The translations under genes and the position numbers were made by a program. Below, in pieces: positions 26,956 to 37,371 of a DNA stretch of 44,800 nucleotides. Position 1 is the stretch's first letter, and every line of letters starts with the position of its first letter. The stretch is taken from the NCBI GenBank assembly GCA_963610995.1, contig CAVDQW010000187.1, positions 1-44,800 on the forward strand, written 5' to 3'. Source of the stretch: a bacterium (GTDB taxonomy: Bacteria; Actinomycetota; Coriobacteriia; Coriobacteriales; Atopobiaceae). Under the pieces are notes generated by a model, which did not search any database, was not told the DNA's origin, and was given only the letters and a program-made list of their open reading frames with translations.

Positions 26956-27717
26956 ATGGCAACCCTCCGCGACACCGAATACGACCAGGCTCCCGCGCCG
27001 GTCGATCCCAAGCACATCACCACGCTCCGCGCCGGCCAGGGCGCCGAGGTCACCACGCGCGAGAACGCCTCGCACGCGGCCGACATCGCGCGCAGGAATG
27101 CCGAGGAGCGGCACCGTAGGCGTCATTCTTCCGACAAGCTCTCCAGCGCCGCGGCCCGCGCGAGCAAGCGCCTCGACCGTGACGACGCGGGCACCGACGC
27201 CGGCCCCGAGCGCACCAACAAGAACATCGTCCTGCTCGTCGCCGCGGCCATCCTGGTGCTCGTGGTGCTGTTCTTCCTCGTCAGGTGCGTGACTAGCTCT
27301 ATGACCTCTGGGGGTGCCACGCCCCAGCAGGAGCAGCAGTCCGAGCAGCCGGCCGAGGCCCAGCAGCAGGAGTCCGACGCGAACGGCTCCGTTACGGTCC
27401 ACGGCAAGAAGTACGCGCTTGCGCAGGGAGAGGATGGCGCCTGGCAGGTCACGGCTGGCGGAGAGACCGCGTTCAGCCTCACCGGCACCCCGACCGCCAT
27501 CATTCTTTGCAACGGCGTCCTTATCGTCCCCGAGAACCTCAACGGCACCTGGGACGTCATCGCCTACATGCCGGCTGACGGCTCCCTGCCCACGCAGGTG
27601 ACCGACTCCGACGGCAACGTGGTCGGCGGTTCGGGCTCGGTCGCTTCCGCCGTTCTGGACGGCTCGAACCTCGTCGTCACCGACTCCACCGGCGCCACCA
27701 CGACCGTCAAGCTCTAA
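26956..27717 (+). CDS. Hypothetical single-pass membrane protein
   Basis: RBS GAGAGGA, host-like codon usage, TM IVLLVAAAILVLVVLFFLV. Confidence 0.75.
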   Translation: MATLRDTEYDQAPAPVDPKHITTLRAGQGAEVTTRENASHAADIARRNAEERHRRRHSSDKLSSAAARASKRLDRDDAGTDAGPERTNKNIVLLVAAAILVLVVLFFLVRCVTSSMTSGGATPQQEQQSEQPAEAQQQESDANGSVTVHGKKYALAQGEDGAWQVTAGGETAFSLTGTPTAIILCNGVLIVPENLNGTWDVIAYMPADGSLPTQVTDSDGNVVGGSGSVASAVLDGSNLVVTDSTGATTTVKL

Positions 27718-27737
27718 GGTTCGCCAATCGTCCGCAA

Positions 27738-27930
27738 GCCTGCGATTGGTGACTGTTTCTACGTGCATGCGTCGCAATGCCGCGAGCACGGCAGCGATTC
27801 GTGAAGCCCGTTGGCCGAAGCCGCGTTGCGTGTGCGCGTAGTGACTGTCGCCAATCGCAGGCGCCCCACGGGTGGGCGCCTGCCACCAATGACTGTCACC
27901 CATGGCAGGCGAACCTGTCGCCAATTGCGG
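27738..27930. repeat. GGTGAC-core cluster: type-A unit in reverse orientation (27748-27852) plus short hairpin (27877-27910)
   Basis: Reverse complement aligns without gaps to 68-172. Confidence 0.85.
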
Positions 27931-27988
27931 GTAAAACAGCAAGTCAGAAGGCAATTTGCTTCTCGGCAAAATTTTTTGAGATTTCTAC

Positions 27989-28018
27989 TAGACAATGCTT
28001 CGAAGGCTGTGTAATAAT
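27989..28018 (+). promoter_or_regulatory. Sigma-A-type promoter of tRNA-Asp
   Basis: TAGACA, 17-18 nt spacer, TAATAAT; AT-rich upstream region; ~20 nt before the tRNA. Confidence 0.65.
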
Positions 28019-28038
28019 ACCTCTTGCGCAAGGCGCAC

Positions 28039-28115
28039 GGGGTGTTAGCTCAGCTGGTTAGAGCGCCGGCCTGTCACGTCGGAGGTCGAGGGTTCGAGTC
28101 CCTTACATCCCGCCA
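28039..28115 (+). tRNA. tRNA-Asp (GTC)
   Basis: 77 nt; acceptor GGGGTGT/ACATCCC, G73, encoded CCA; anticodon arm CCGGC-CTGTCAC-GTCGG; TTCGAGT T-loop. Confidence 0.97.
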
Positions 28116-28126
28116 TTGCATTGAAT

Positions 28127-28153
28127 AAGGGCCCTCTTCGGAGGGCCCTTTTT
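28127..28153 (+). terminator. Rho-independent terminator
   Basis: AAGGGCCCTC-TTCG-GAGGGCCCTTTTT. Confidence 0.9.
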
Positions 28154-28160
28154 CGTGCCG

Positions 28161-28236
28161 ATAAGACAAGGGGACAGTCCCCTCGTCTTATCGCATGTCG
28201 CCGAATAGGACGAAGGGACTGTCCCCCTGTCTTATT
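28161..28236. repeat. REP-like inverted doublet with GGGAC(A/T)GTCCC cores
   Basis: Two ~31-33-bp hairpins (28161-28191, 28204-28236), mutually inverted. Confidence 0.8.
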
Positions 28237-28288
28237 CAGTCGCGGTATGATTACGTGCAAATCGCAGCTCACGAGACAAGGTCCTCGC

Positions 28289-28974
28289 ATGCAGGAAGGT
28301 TCCACCACAACCCAGATCGCCGTGTTCGACTACGACGGCACTTCCGTCGACGGTCAATCCGGCTCGCTCTTCACTACGTACCTTCTGCGGCACGGGATGA
28401 TGTCGCTGCCGCGCGCCCTGCGTCTCGGCTGGTGGGGAATCCGCTACGTGCTGCACCTGCCGTTTAGGCAGGACGAGGCGCGAGAGCTGGTTTTCGGCGC
28501 CCTTGGCGAGATGACGCCCGACCGCATCAGCGAGGTCATGCGCAAGTTCCACGACGACGTCCTTGGCAAAAAGTACCGTCAGGCGGCCATCGCCGAGGTG
28601 GCGCGTCGTCGCGAGGAGGGCTGCGTCACGCTGCTTGTCTCGGCCACGTTCGACATCATTGCCGACGCCGCGGCGGAGGTCCTGGGCGTGGACGCCGTGC
28701 TCGCCACGCACATGGAGCGCGACGAGAAGGGCCACTACACGGGCCGAGTGGCCGGAACCGTCGTGGCGGGCGACCAGAAGTACCGCGCCGTCGCGGAGTG
28801 GTGCGACGAGAAGTTCGGCGCCGGCGCTTGGCAGCTCGCCTACGCCTACGGCGACCACCACACCGACGAGGACCTGCTTTCCCGCGCTCGCACGGCGTAC
28901 GCGGTGTGCCCCGGCCGGTCGCTCAAGGCCGTCGCAAAGAAGCGCGGCTGGCAGATCCTGGACTGGGACGACTA

Positions 28975-28975
<1 letters not shown>
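28289..28975 (+). CDS. HAD-IB family hydrolase (SerB-like)
   Basis: AVFDYDGT motif I, LVSAT motif II, YAYGDHHTD motif IV; start approximate. Confidence 0.88.
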
Positions 28976-29961
<986 letters not shown>

Positions 29962-29966
29962 CCGCC

Positions 29967-30352
29967 CGCCTGCAGCTGGTGACAGGTTCCTGCTGCTGCA
30001 GCGTGGGACAGGTTCGCGGCGAGGTGCCTGCCATGGGTGACAGTCATTGGTGGCAGGTGACATGCCTACCCGTTGGCACCTGCCATTGGTGACAGTCACC
30101 GCGTCTCACATCACACGTTGCCGCCAAGTCGCGACGGGCCCGCGGCCCTCCTCGCTTCGGCTCAGTTTCCCTTGCGAGGCGGAAACAGTCACCGATTGCA
30201 GGCGCGGGCTGCGGTGCTTGCGGGGCGCCTGCCATCGGTGACAGTCACTACGTGCATATTGGCCGCGCAATCAGGTCGTTGGCTTCATGAGTCGGTGACA
30301 TTGCAGCGCTTCTCCCTCGCATGCACGTAGAAACAGTCACCGATTGCAGGTG
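29967..30352. repeat. GGTGAC-core cluster: short hairpin (30026-30059), type-B unit (30088-30193), type-A unit (30237-30341)
   Basis: Several GGTGACAGTCA and GAAACAGTCACC cores flanked by GCCTGC/GCAGGC. Confidence 0.88.
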
Positions 30353-30392
30353 CTTCGGTTGTCGTATCTATCTAACGGCACGTTATCTGGGT

Positions 30393-30409
30393 TATCGGTG
30401 AAAGCGATA
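30393..30409. promoter_or_regulatory. Candidate LysR-type box TATCG-N7-CGATA upstream of metY
   Basis: Perfect dyad GTTATCG-N7-CGATAAC; matches the boxes between metN and metA. Confidence 0.6.
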
Positions 30410-30532
30410 ACGAATTGCCGCAATCGCGGGGCTACGCGTGTCGCGCGGACGGCCGTAGTATTCAAACCGTCGAAAACACACGCCGCCGAAACCGAATCCA
30501 AAACCGCGGCGGCTCAACGAAAGGACCCCAAA

Positions 30533-31852
30533 ATGCCGTTCAAGCTCGATCCCACCTTCGCCCAGGACCCCGCCAAGCACTTCGACACCCTCCAGATCCA
30601 CGCCGGCCTCGAGCCCGACCCCGTCACCGGCTCCGCCGCGCTTCCGATCTACGCCTCCGCGGCCTTCCAGTTCGATTCCGCCGAGGACGGCGCCGCCAAG
30701 TTCGCCCTCTCCAAGCCGGGCAACGTCTACGGCCGCCTGACCAACACCACCACCGACTCCGTCGCCGCCCGCGTCGCGGCCCTTGAGGGCGCTACCGGCG
30801 CCGTTGCCGTCGCTTCCGGCCACGCGGCCGAGATTCTCGCCCTCACCAACCTGGTGGGCGCCGGCGACCACATCGTCGCCTCCGACTCCCTCTACGGCGG
30901 CACCTGGAACATCTTCCTGCACACCTTGGGTGACCTCGGCGTCGAGACCACCTTCGTCGAGAACAACAACATCGACGCCTTCGTGGCCGCCACCAAGGAG
31001 AACACCAAGCTCTGGTACGTCGAGACCATCGGCAACCCGCTGGTCGACGTGGCCGACGTCCCCGCTATCGTCGAGGCGGCAAACTCCCTGCCCGAGCCCG
31101 TCCCCGTGTTCGTCGACAACACCTTCGCGACCCCGTACCTCTACCGTCCCGCCGATGACGGCGCGGCCGTGGTCATCGAGTCGCTCACCAAGTGGATCGC
31201 CGGCCACGGCGCCACGCTCGGCGGCGCCGTCGTCGACACGGGCAAGTTCGACTGGAAGCAGACCCCGGGCAAGTTCGCCACGCTGACCGAGCCCGACCCC
31301 TCCTACCACGGCGTTGTTTTTGCTGACGCCGCCCCCGCCGCGCCCTTCTCCACCCGCGTCCTGGCCAACAAGCTCCGCGACTTCGGCCCCACGCTCTCCC
31401 CGTACGCGGCGCAGCTCATCGGCCTCGGCATCGAGACGCTCTCCCTTCGCGTCCAGCGCCACTGCGACAACGCCCTGGCCGTCGCCAAGTTCCTCGAGAG
31501 CCACCCGAAGGTCAGCTGGGTCCGCTACTCCGGCCTCGAGAACGACCCGAGCCACGAGACCGCGTCCCGCATCCTGCACAACGGCTTCGGCGGCGTCGTC
31601 GTCTTCGGCGTCAAGGGCGGCCGCGACGCCGGCCTGAAGGTCGTGGACAACGTCAAGCTGTTCACGCACCTCGCCAACGTGGGCGACGCCAAGTCCCTGA
31701 TCATCCACCCGGCCTCCACCACCCACTCCCAGCTCACCGCCGAGCAGCTCGAGGCCGCCCACCTCTCCGAGGACCTCATCCGCCTCTCCGTGGGCATCGA
31801 GAACGCCGACGACATCATCGCCGACCTCGACCAGGCCCTCGCCAACGCGTAA
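30533..31852 (+). CDS. metY: O-acetylhomoserine sulfhydrylase (PLP-dependent)
   Basis: VYGRLTN, ASGHAA, ETIGNP, VDNTFATP, PLP lysine in SLTKWIAGHG, HLANVGDAKSLIIHPASTTHSQL; RBS GAAAGGA. Confidence 0.93.
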   Translation: MPFKLDPTFAQDPAKHFDTLQIHAGLEPDPVTGSAALPIYASAAFQFDSAEDGAAKFALSKPGNVYGRLTNTTTDSVAARVAALEGATGAVAVASGHAAEILALTNLVGAGDHIVASDSLYGGTWNIFLHTLGDLGVETTFVENNNIDAFVAATKENTKLWYVETIGNPLVDVADVPAIVEAANSLPEPVPVFVDNTFATPYLYRPADDGAAVVIESLTKWIAGHGATLGGAVVDTGKFDWKQTPGKFATLTEPDPSYHGVVFADAAPAAPFSTRVLANKLRDFGPTLSPYAAQLIGLGIETLSLRVQRHCDNALAVAKFLESHPKVSWVRYSGLENDPSHETASRILHNGFGGVVVFGVKGGRDAGLKVVDNVKLFTHLANVGDAKSLIIHPASTTHSQLTAEQLEAAHLSEDLIRLSVGIENADDIIADLDQALANA

Positions 31853-31877
31853 GCAGCAAACGAATAAACCGCACGTC

Positions 31878-31909
31878 AGCCCCCCCGGGTTTCGACCCGG
31901 GGGCTTTTT
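31878..31909 (+). terminator. Rho-independent terminator of metY
   Basis: GC-rich stem CCCCCGGGT-TTCG-ACCCGGGGG followed by CTTTTT. Confidence 0.85.
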
Positions 31910-31936
31910 GCGCCTGCGGGGATTCGGTGCCGCGAG

Positions 31937-32215
31937 TGCCTGCAGCCGGTGACAGTCGCCAATAGCAGGCGGTTCCGGCTGAATCGACGTAGCGCCTGCG
32001 GCTGGTGGATAGGGGCTTCTGCCTGCGTGGCGCCTGCAATTGGTGACAGTCGCCGCGTCTCACATCGCTCGTTGCTGCTCTGGTGCGACTAACCAGCGCC
32101 CCTCTTTGATTCGGCCCAGTTCCCCTTGCGACGCGGAAACAGTCACCAATTGCAGGCGCAGGCCACGACGCTTGCTGGGTGTCCGCCATTGGTGGCTGTC
32201 ACCAATTGCAGGCGA
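31937..32215. repeat. GGTGAC-core cluster: short hairpins plus type-B unit (32042-32147)
   Basis: Type-B unit has the same 106-bp length and arms as 30088-30193. Confidence 0.88.
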
Positions 32216-32377
32216 CTCACGAGTACGGCCGTTGCGCCTACCAGCTGCAACGCAGCGCTCGCGGATTGCCGCGCCCGCCGCGCTATCCGAACTGGTAAAA
32301 ATGACTGTGTGTCAAAAAACGCGTTGGGAGCCGCAGGCGCCAGCCCGCGGCCAGGGATAAGCGACAGGAGCGCATCG

Positions 32378-34717
32378 ATGGATACCCTCGACAGCAGCCT
32401 CTACCTCAGCAACGACGACCTCCACATGCTTGGCAACGGCACGTGGTACCGCAGCTACGAGAAGCTCGGCGCCCACCCCGTCGTGGCCGCCGACGGCACC
32501 GCCGGCTACCACTTCGCCGTTTGGGCCCCGCACGTGCAGTCCGTTTCGGTCGTCGGCGACTTCAACAACTGGAACGAGTCGGCCTTCTACCTCAACCGCT
32601 CTTCTTCGGGCGACATCTGGGAAGGCTTCATCCCCGGCGTCAAGGCCGGCCAGCTCTACAAGTACCTCCTCGTCTCCCACAGCGGCGAGAAGATCTACAA
32701 GGCCGACCCCTACGCCTTCTTCTCCGAGCTGCCTCCGGGAACGGCCTCCATCACCGCCGACCTCTCGGGCTATGCCTGGAAGGACGACGCATACATGGCC
32801 GAGCGCGCCAACCGACCGCTGCTTAAGAGCCCCCTCAACATCTTTGAGGTCCACCTTGGCAGCTGGAAGCGCCACGGCAACGAGCCGCAGGGCGAGCCAC
32901 GCGAGGACGGCACCTGGCCTGGCCCCGGCGATCCCTTCCCCGCGCAGCGCGGCACCTATTACAGCTACGACGACCTTTCCAAGGAGCTCGTCGCCTACGT
33001 GAAGAAGATGGGCTACTCCCACATCGAGGTCATGCCCCTCTCCGAGCACCCCTTCGACGGCTCCTGGGGCTATCAGTCCACGGGCTACTACGCGCCCACC
33101 AGCCGCTACGGCAACCCCAAGCAGCTCATGCACTTCATCGACGCCTGCCACAAGGCCGGCATCGGCGTGATCATGGACTGGGTTCCCGGCGGCTTCTGCG
33201 CCGACTCGCACGGCCTGGCCACCTTTAACGGCGAGATGCTCTACGAGCACGAGATTCACCCCAACTGGGGCACCCACAAGTTCGACTTCAGCCGCGGCCA
33301 GGTCCGCAGCTTCCTCGTGTCCAATGCGCTGTACTGGATTGAGACCTACCACATCGACGGCATCCGCATGGACGGCGTCTCGTCCATGCTGTACATGAAC
33401 TTCGGCGTGGACGACCCCGGCCAGAAGAAGTTCAACAAATACGGCACCGAGGAGGCTCTCGACGCGTCCGCCTTCATCCGCCAGACCAACTCCACGATGG
33501 GCCAGCTCCACCCCGACGTCATGATGATCGCCGAGGAGTCCACCGCGTGGCCGCTCGTCACCTATCCGCCCGAGGACGGCGGCCTGGGCTTCCACTTCAA
33601 GTGGGACATGGGCTGGATGAACGACACGCTGCACTACATGCAGACCGACTTCCCCTGGCGCCCCGGCAACCACCGCCTGCTCACGTTCTCGACGATGTAC
33701 CAGTTCAACGAGAACTTCGTGCTGCCGCTTAGCCACGACGAGGTCGTCAACGGCAAGTGCTCGCTGATCACCCGCATGCCGGGTGACCAGTGGCGCCAGT
33801 TCGCCGGCCTGCGCGCGCTCGCGTTCTACCAGATGATGCACGCCGGCGCCAAGCTCAATTTCATGGGCAACGAGATCGGCCAGTACATCGAGTGGCGCTA
33901 CTACGAGGGCATCGAGTACTTCCTCACCGAGTACGACACTCACCGCAATGAGCAGGTCTTTATTGAGGCGCTGAACAAGTTCTACAAGAAGAACCCGGCC
34001 CTGTGGCAGCGCGCCTACGAGTCTGCGGGCTTCGAGTGGATCGACGCCGACAACTCCGACCAGTCCATCATCAGCTTCATCCGCCGCGGCGACGACCCCA
34101 AGGACGACCTGGTCATCCTTATCAACTTCGACATCAACCCGCGCGAGGACTTCCGCCTGGGCGTGCCCGAGTGGGGCGTCTATGCCGAGAAGTTCAACTC
34201 CGACGCCGCCGAGTTCGGTGGCTCGGGCGTGGTGAACGAGGGGCGTCTGCGCTGCGAGGAGGTCGGCTGGAACGGCCGCGCGCAGTCCGTGGTCGTGCGC
34301 GTCCCGCCGCTGGGCGGCATTGTGCTCAAGAAGGTCGCCACGCAGGCCAGGCCCAAGGCGGGCGCGAAGTCCGCTTCCAAGCCCAAGACCGCCGCGAAGC
34401 CGGCCGCAAAGAAGCCCGCTGCCAAGAAAACCGCCGCGAAGGCCGCTCCCAAGGCCGAGAAATCCGCGGTAGAGGCCGAAAAAACCGCCGCATCCGCAAA
34501 AAAGGCAACGTCTGTGGCAAATTCCGAATCCGCCGCAGCTCAGGAGCCTAAGGCCAAGCCGGCCGACAAGAAGCCCGCTTCCAAGGCCGTGGCGCCCAAG
34601 GCCAAACCCGCCGCAGCTAAGGAGCCTGCGGAGCCCCAGACCAGCGCAGATTCCAAGTCCGTTAAAAAGTCGGCAACGGTTAAGAAGACGGTCAAGGCTT
34701 CGTCAAAAACCAAGTAA
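32378..34717 (+). CDS. glgB: 1,4-alpha-glucan branching enzyme with Lys/Ala-rich C-terminal tail
   Basis: FAVWAP, KADPYAF, FEVHLGSWK, SWGYQ, IDGIRMDGV, IAEEST, LSHDEVV; RBS AGGAG. Confidence 0.96.
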   Translation: MDTLDSSLYLSNDDLHMLGNGTWYRSYEKLGAHPVVAADGTAGYHFAVWAPHVQSVSVVGDFNNWNESAFYLNRSSSGDIWEGFIPGVKAGQLYKYLLVSHSGEKIYKADPYAFFSELPPGTASITADLSGYAWKDDAYMAERANRPLLKSPLNIFEVHLGSWKRHGNEPQGEPREDGTWPGPGDPFPAQRGTYYSYDDLSKELVAYVKKMGYSHIEVMPLSEHPFDGSWGYQSTGYYAPTSRYGNPKQLMHFIDACHKAGIGVIMDWVPGGFCADSHGLATFNGEMLYEHEIHPNWGTHKFDFSRGQVRSFLVSNALYWIETYHIDGIRMDGVSSMLYMNFGVDDPGQKKFNKYGTEEALDASAFIRQTNSTMGQLHPDVMMIAEESTAWPLVTYPPEDGGLGFHFKWDMGWMNDTLHYMQTDFPWRPGNHRLLTFSTMYQFNENFVLPLSHDEVVNGKCSLITRMPGDQWRQFAGLRALAFYQMMHAGAKLNFMGNEIGQYIEWRYYEGIEYFLTEYDTHRNEQVFIEALNKFYKKNPALWQRAYESAGFEWIDADNSDQSIISFIRRGDDPKDDLVILINFDINPREDFRLGVPEWGVYAEKFNSDAAEFGGSGVVNEGRLRCEEVGWNGRAQSVVVRVPPLGGIVLKKVATQARPKAGAKSASKPKTAAKPAAKKPAAKKTAAKAAPKAEKSAVEAEKTAASAKKATSVANSESAAAQEPKAKPADKKPASKAVAPKAKPAAAKEPAEPQTSADSKSVKKSATVKKTVKASSKTK

Positions 34718-34869
34718 TCGAGGTAAAATCACAGGGCTGTCTCGCGGGAGGCGGCCCTGTTCGCTTGTTTCGGTATGCCGCAGCGCGCCGGCCAAGCGAC
34801 CGATACCGAGCCGCACCCCCGAACCCGCGGCCGCCTGTATTGCCATCAAGACCATTGCAAGGGAGAGAA

Positions 34870-37302
34870 ATGGCCACTTATCAGCAGATCTTCAAGGACA
34901 AGAAGGACTTCGAGGAGCAGTTCCGCGCCATGTGCCAGGCTGAGCTCGGCAAGACCTTCGAGCAGACCTCTGAGCTCGAGCAGTTCCAGGTGCTCGCCAA
35001 GCTCGTCGCCGCCAAGGGCAACGCGCAGTTCCCGGTGTCGCACCCCGCCGACGTCAAGAAGGTCTATTACTTCTCGCTCGAGTTCCTCATCGGCCCCCTC
35101 CTCGACAACTACCTGATCAACTACGGCGTGCGCGACCTCGTGGCCGACGCCCTCAAGGACATGGGCACCGACCTCGACAGCATTTGCCGTCAGGAGGCCG
35201 ACCCCGGCCTCGGCAACGGCGGCCTCGGCCGTCTGGCCGCGTGCTTCCTCGCCTCGATGGCCCACAACGGCATCGCCGGCTACGGCAACGGTATGCGCTA
35301 CCGCTACGGCCTGTTCCACCAGGACATCGAGGGCGGCCGCCAGGTCGAGCGCACCGACAACTGGCTCGCAAACGGCTTCCCCTGGGAGACCCGCAAGGAC
35401 GCCTCCGCCGTCACCGTCCGCTTCGGCGGCCACGTCGTCCGCCACGAGGACGGCGACAAGTACTGGTTCACCGAGGAGGGCGGCGAGCTCGTCCGCGCCG
35501 TCCCCTACGACGTGCCCATCATCGGCTACGCCGGCAAGGTCGTGAACAAGCTGCGCCTGTGGTCTGCCGAGCCCGCTTCCGAGGACTTCGACCTCGACGC
35601 CTTCAACGCCGGCGATTACGCCAAGGCCAACAAGTTCCGCTCCGACGTCGAGGCCATCTCGACCATCCTGTACCCCAACGACGCCGGTGAGCACGGCCGC
35701 CTGCTGCGCCTGAAGCAGGAGTACCTGTTCGTCTCCGCCGGCCTGCAGACCATCCTTCGCTCCTATGAGAAGGACTTCGGCGACGACTGGAAGAACCTCG
35801 GCAAGCACGTCTGCGTCCACACCAACGACACGCACCCCGCCATGTGCGGCCCCGAGCTCATGCGCATTCTCGTTGACGAGAAGGGCGTCGACTTCGACGA
35901 GGCCTTCGAGATCGCCCACGAGACCGTCTCCTTCACCAACCACACCGTCATGCCCGAGGCCCTGGAGAAGTGGCCCATCAACACCTTCCGCAACCTTCTC
36001 CCGCGCCTCTACATGTTCATCGAGGAGATCGACCGCCGCTGGCGCGACGGCCTGGGCGACAAGCTCGGCGAGAACGCCAACTGGAACGACGTCCTGCGCA
36101 ACACCGCCATCCTCTGGGACGGCCAGGTCCGCATGGCGAACCTCTCCATCATCTTCTCGCACTCCGTCAACGGCGTCTCCGCGCTGCACTCCGACATCCT
36201 CAAGCGCGAGACCTTCCGCGACTTCGCCCAGATGCAGCCCGAGCTCTTCAACAACAAGACCAACGGCGTGACCCACCGTCGCTTCCTGCGCGAGGCCAAC
36301 CCCTCCTACTCCAAGATCATCACCGACGCCATCGGCGAGGGCTGGCTCAACGACGCCGACGAGCTCAAGAAGCTCGAGGCCTTTGAGGGCGATGCCGGCT
36401 TCCTGGCCGCCATGGACGACGCCAAGAAGGTCAACAAGGAGCGCCTGGCCGCCTACGTCAAGGAGACCTCCGGCACCGTGCTCGACACCAACATGGTCTT
36501 CGACGTCCAGGTCAAGCGTTTCCACGCCTACAAGCGTCAGCTGCTCTCCGTCTTCAAGGTCATGGACCTGCGCAACCGTATCCTCGACGACCCGAACTTC
36601 AACCCGCAGCCCACGGCGTTCATCTTCTCCGGTAAGGCCGCCCAGAGCTACGCCTTCGCCAAGGAGGTCATCCGCCTCATCAACTCGCTGGCCGACGTCG
36701 TGAACAACGACCCGCGCGTCAACGACAAGATCCGCGTCGCCTTCGTGCCCAACTTCGCCGTGTCCAACGCGCAGTACATCTACTCCGCCGCCGACATCTC
36801 CGAGCAGATCTCGCTCGCCGGCACCGAGGCCTCCGGCACCTCCAACATGAAGCTCATGATGAACGGCGCCCTGACCCTCGGCACCCTCGACGGCTCCAAC
36901 GTCGAGATCTCTGAGCTCGTCGGCCCCGAGAACATCAAGATTTTCGGCATGAAGACCGAGGAGGTCGAGGAGCTCCAGCGCTCCGGCCGTTACTACGCTT
37001 GGGACATGTACAACAACGACCGTGGCCGCACCGGCCGCATCGTCGACCAGCTCACCGACGGCACCCTCGCGGGCCTCTCCGGCAACTTCGAAAGCGTCCG
37101 CGACCACCTCATGGTTGAGAACGACCCGTACCTCGTCATGGCCGACTTCCACTCCTACGTCCAGGCGTGGGAGGAGCTCACTTCCGGCTACTCCGACCGC
37201 ACCGCCTGGAACAAGTCGGCTCTCCACAACACCGCTAACGCTGGATTCTTCTCCAGTGACAGAACTATCGCCGAATACACCGCAGATATCTGGCACATTT
37301 AG
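34870..37302 (+). CDS. glgP: Glycogen/alpha-glucan phosphorylase
   Basis: GLGNGGLGRLAACF, LRLKQEY, NDTHP, KRFHAYKRQ, EASGTSNMKLMMNGA. Confidence 0.96.
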   Translation: MATYQQIFKDKKDFEEQFRAMCQAELGKTFEQTSELEQFQVLAKLVAAKGNAQFPVSHPADVKKVYYFSLEFLIGPLLDNYLINYGVRDLVADALKDMGTDLDSICRQEADPGLGNGGLGRLAACFLASMAHNGIAGYGNGMRYRYGLFHQDIEGGRQVERTDNWLANGFPWETRKDASAVTVRFGGHVVRHEDGDKYWFTEEGGELVRAVPYDVPIIGYAGKVVNKLRLWSAEPASEDFDLDAFNAGDYAKANKFRSDVEAISTILYPNDAGEHGRLLRLKQEYLFVSAGLQTILRSYEKDFGDDWKNLGKHVCVHTNDTHPAMCGPELMRILVDEKGVDFDEAFEIAHETVSFTNHTVMPEALEKWPINTFRNLLPRLYMFIEEIDRRWRDGLGDKLGENANWNDVLRNTAILWDGQVRMANLSIIFSHSVNGVSALHSDILKRETFRDFAQMQPELFNNKTNGVTHRRFLREANPSYSKIITDAIGEGWLNDADELKKLEAFEGDAGFLAAMDDAKKVNKERLAAYVKETSGTVLDTNMVFDVQVKRFHAYKRQLLSVFKVMDLRNRILDDPNFNPQPTAFIFSGKAAQSYAFAKEVIRLINSLADVVNNDPRVNDKIRVAFVPNFAVSNAQYIYSAADISEQISLAGTEASGTSNMKLMMNGALTLGTLDGSNVEISELVGPENIKIFGMKTEEVEELQRSGRYYAWDMYNNDRGRTGRIVDQLTDGTLAGLSGNFESVRDHLMVENDPYLVMADFHSYVQAWEELTSGYSDRTAWNKSALHNTANAGFFSSDRTIAEYTADIWHI

Positions 37303-37371
37303 TCTTAGTTCGCAAACGGGGGGATGGACCCTCATCCCCCCGTTGAATTTAAGTCTGAAAGGAGTGGGGGA

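Noticed and set aside
28039..28115. tRNA-Asp as the integration site of an island
   Set aside because: No integrase, no duplicated tRNA 3' end noticed, and the flanking genes look like core genes.
30073..30330. Small ORFs running through the type-A unit (…VTVTTC…LHES…ACT*), also 27759-28031
   Set aside because: The peptide similarity follows from the DNA repeat; there is no RBS or consistent start. Coding cannot be fully excluded given the lack of indels, but it is unsupported.
29967..30352. CRISPR array interpretation of the GGTGAC repeat clusters
   Set aside because: Repeats alternate in orientation, are degenerate and irregularly spaced, spacer blocks recur between clusters, and no cas genes are present.
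30353..30532. SAM riboswitch or T-box upstream of metY (also checked before metA and metN)
   Set aside because: No recognisable S-box or T-box consensus; a protein-operator dyad explains the conserved signal better.
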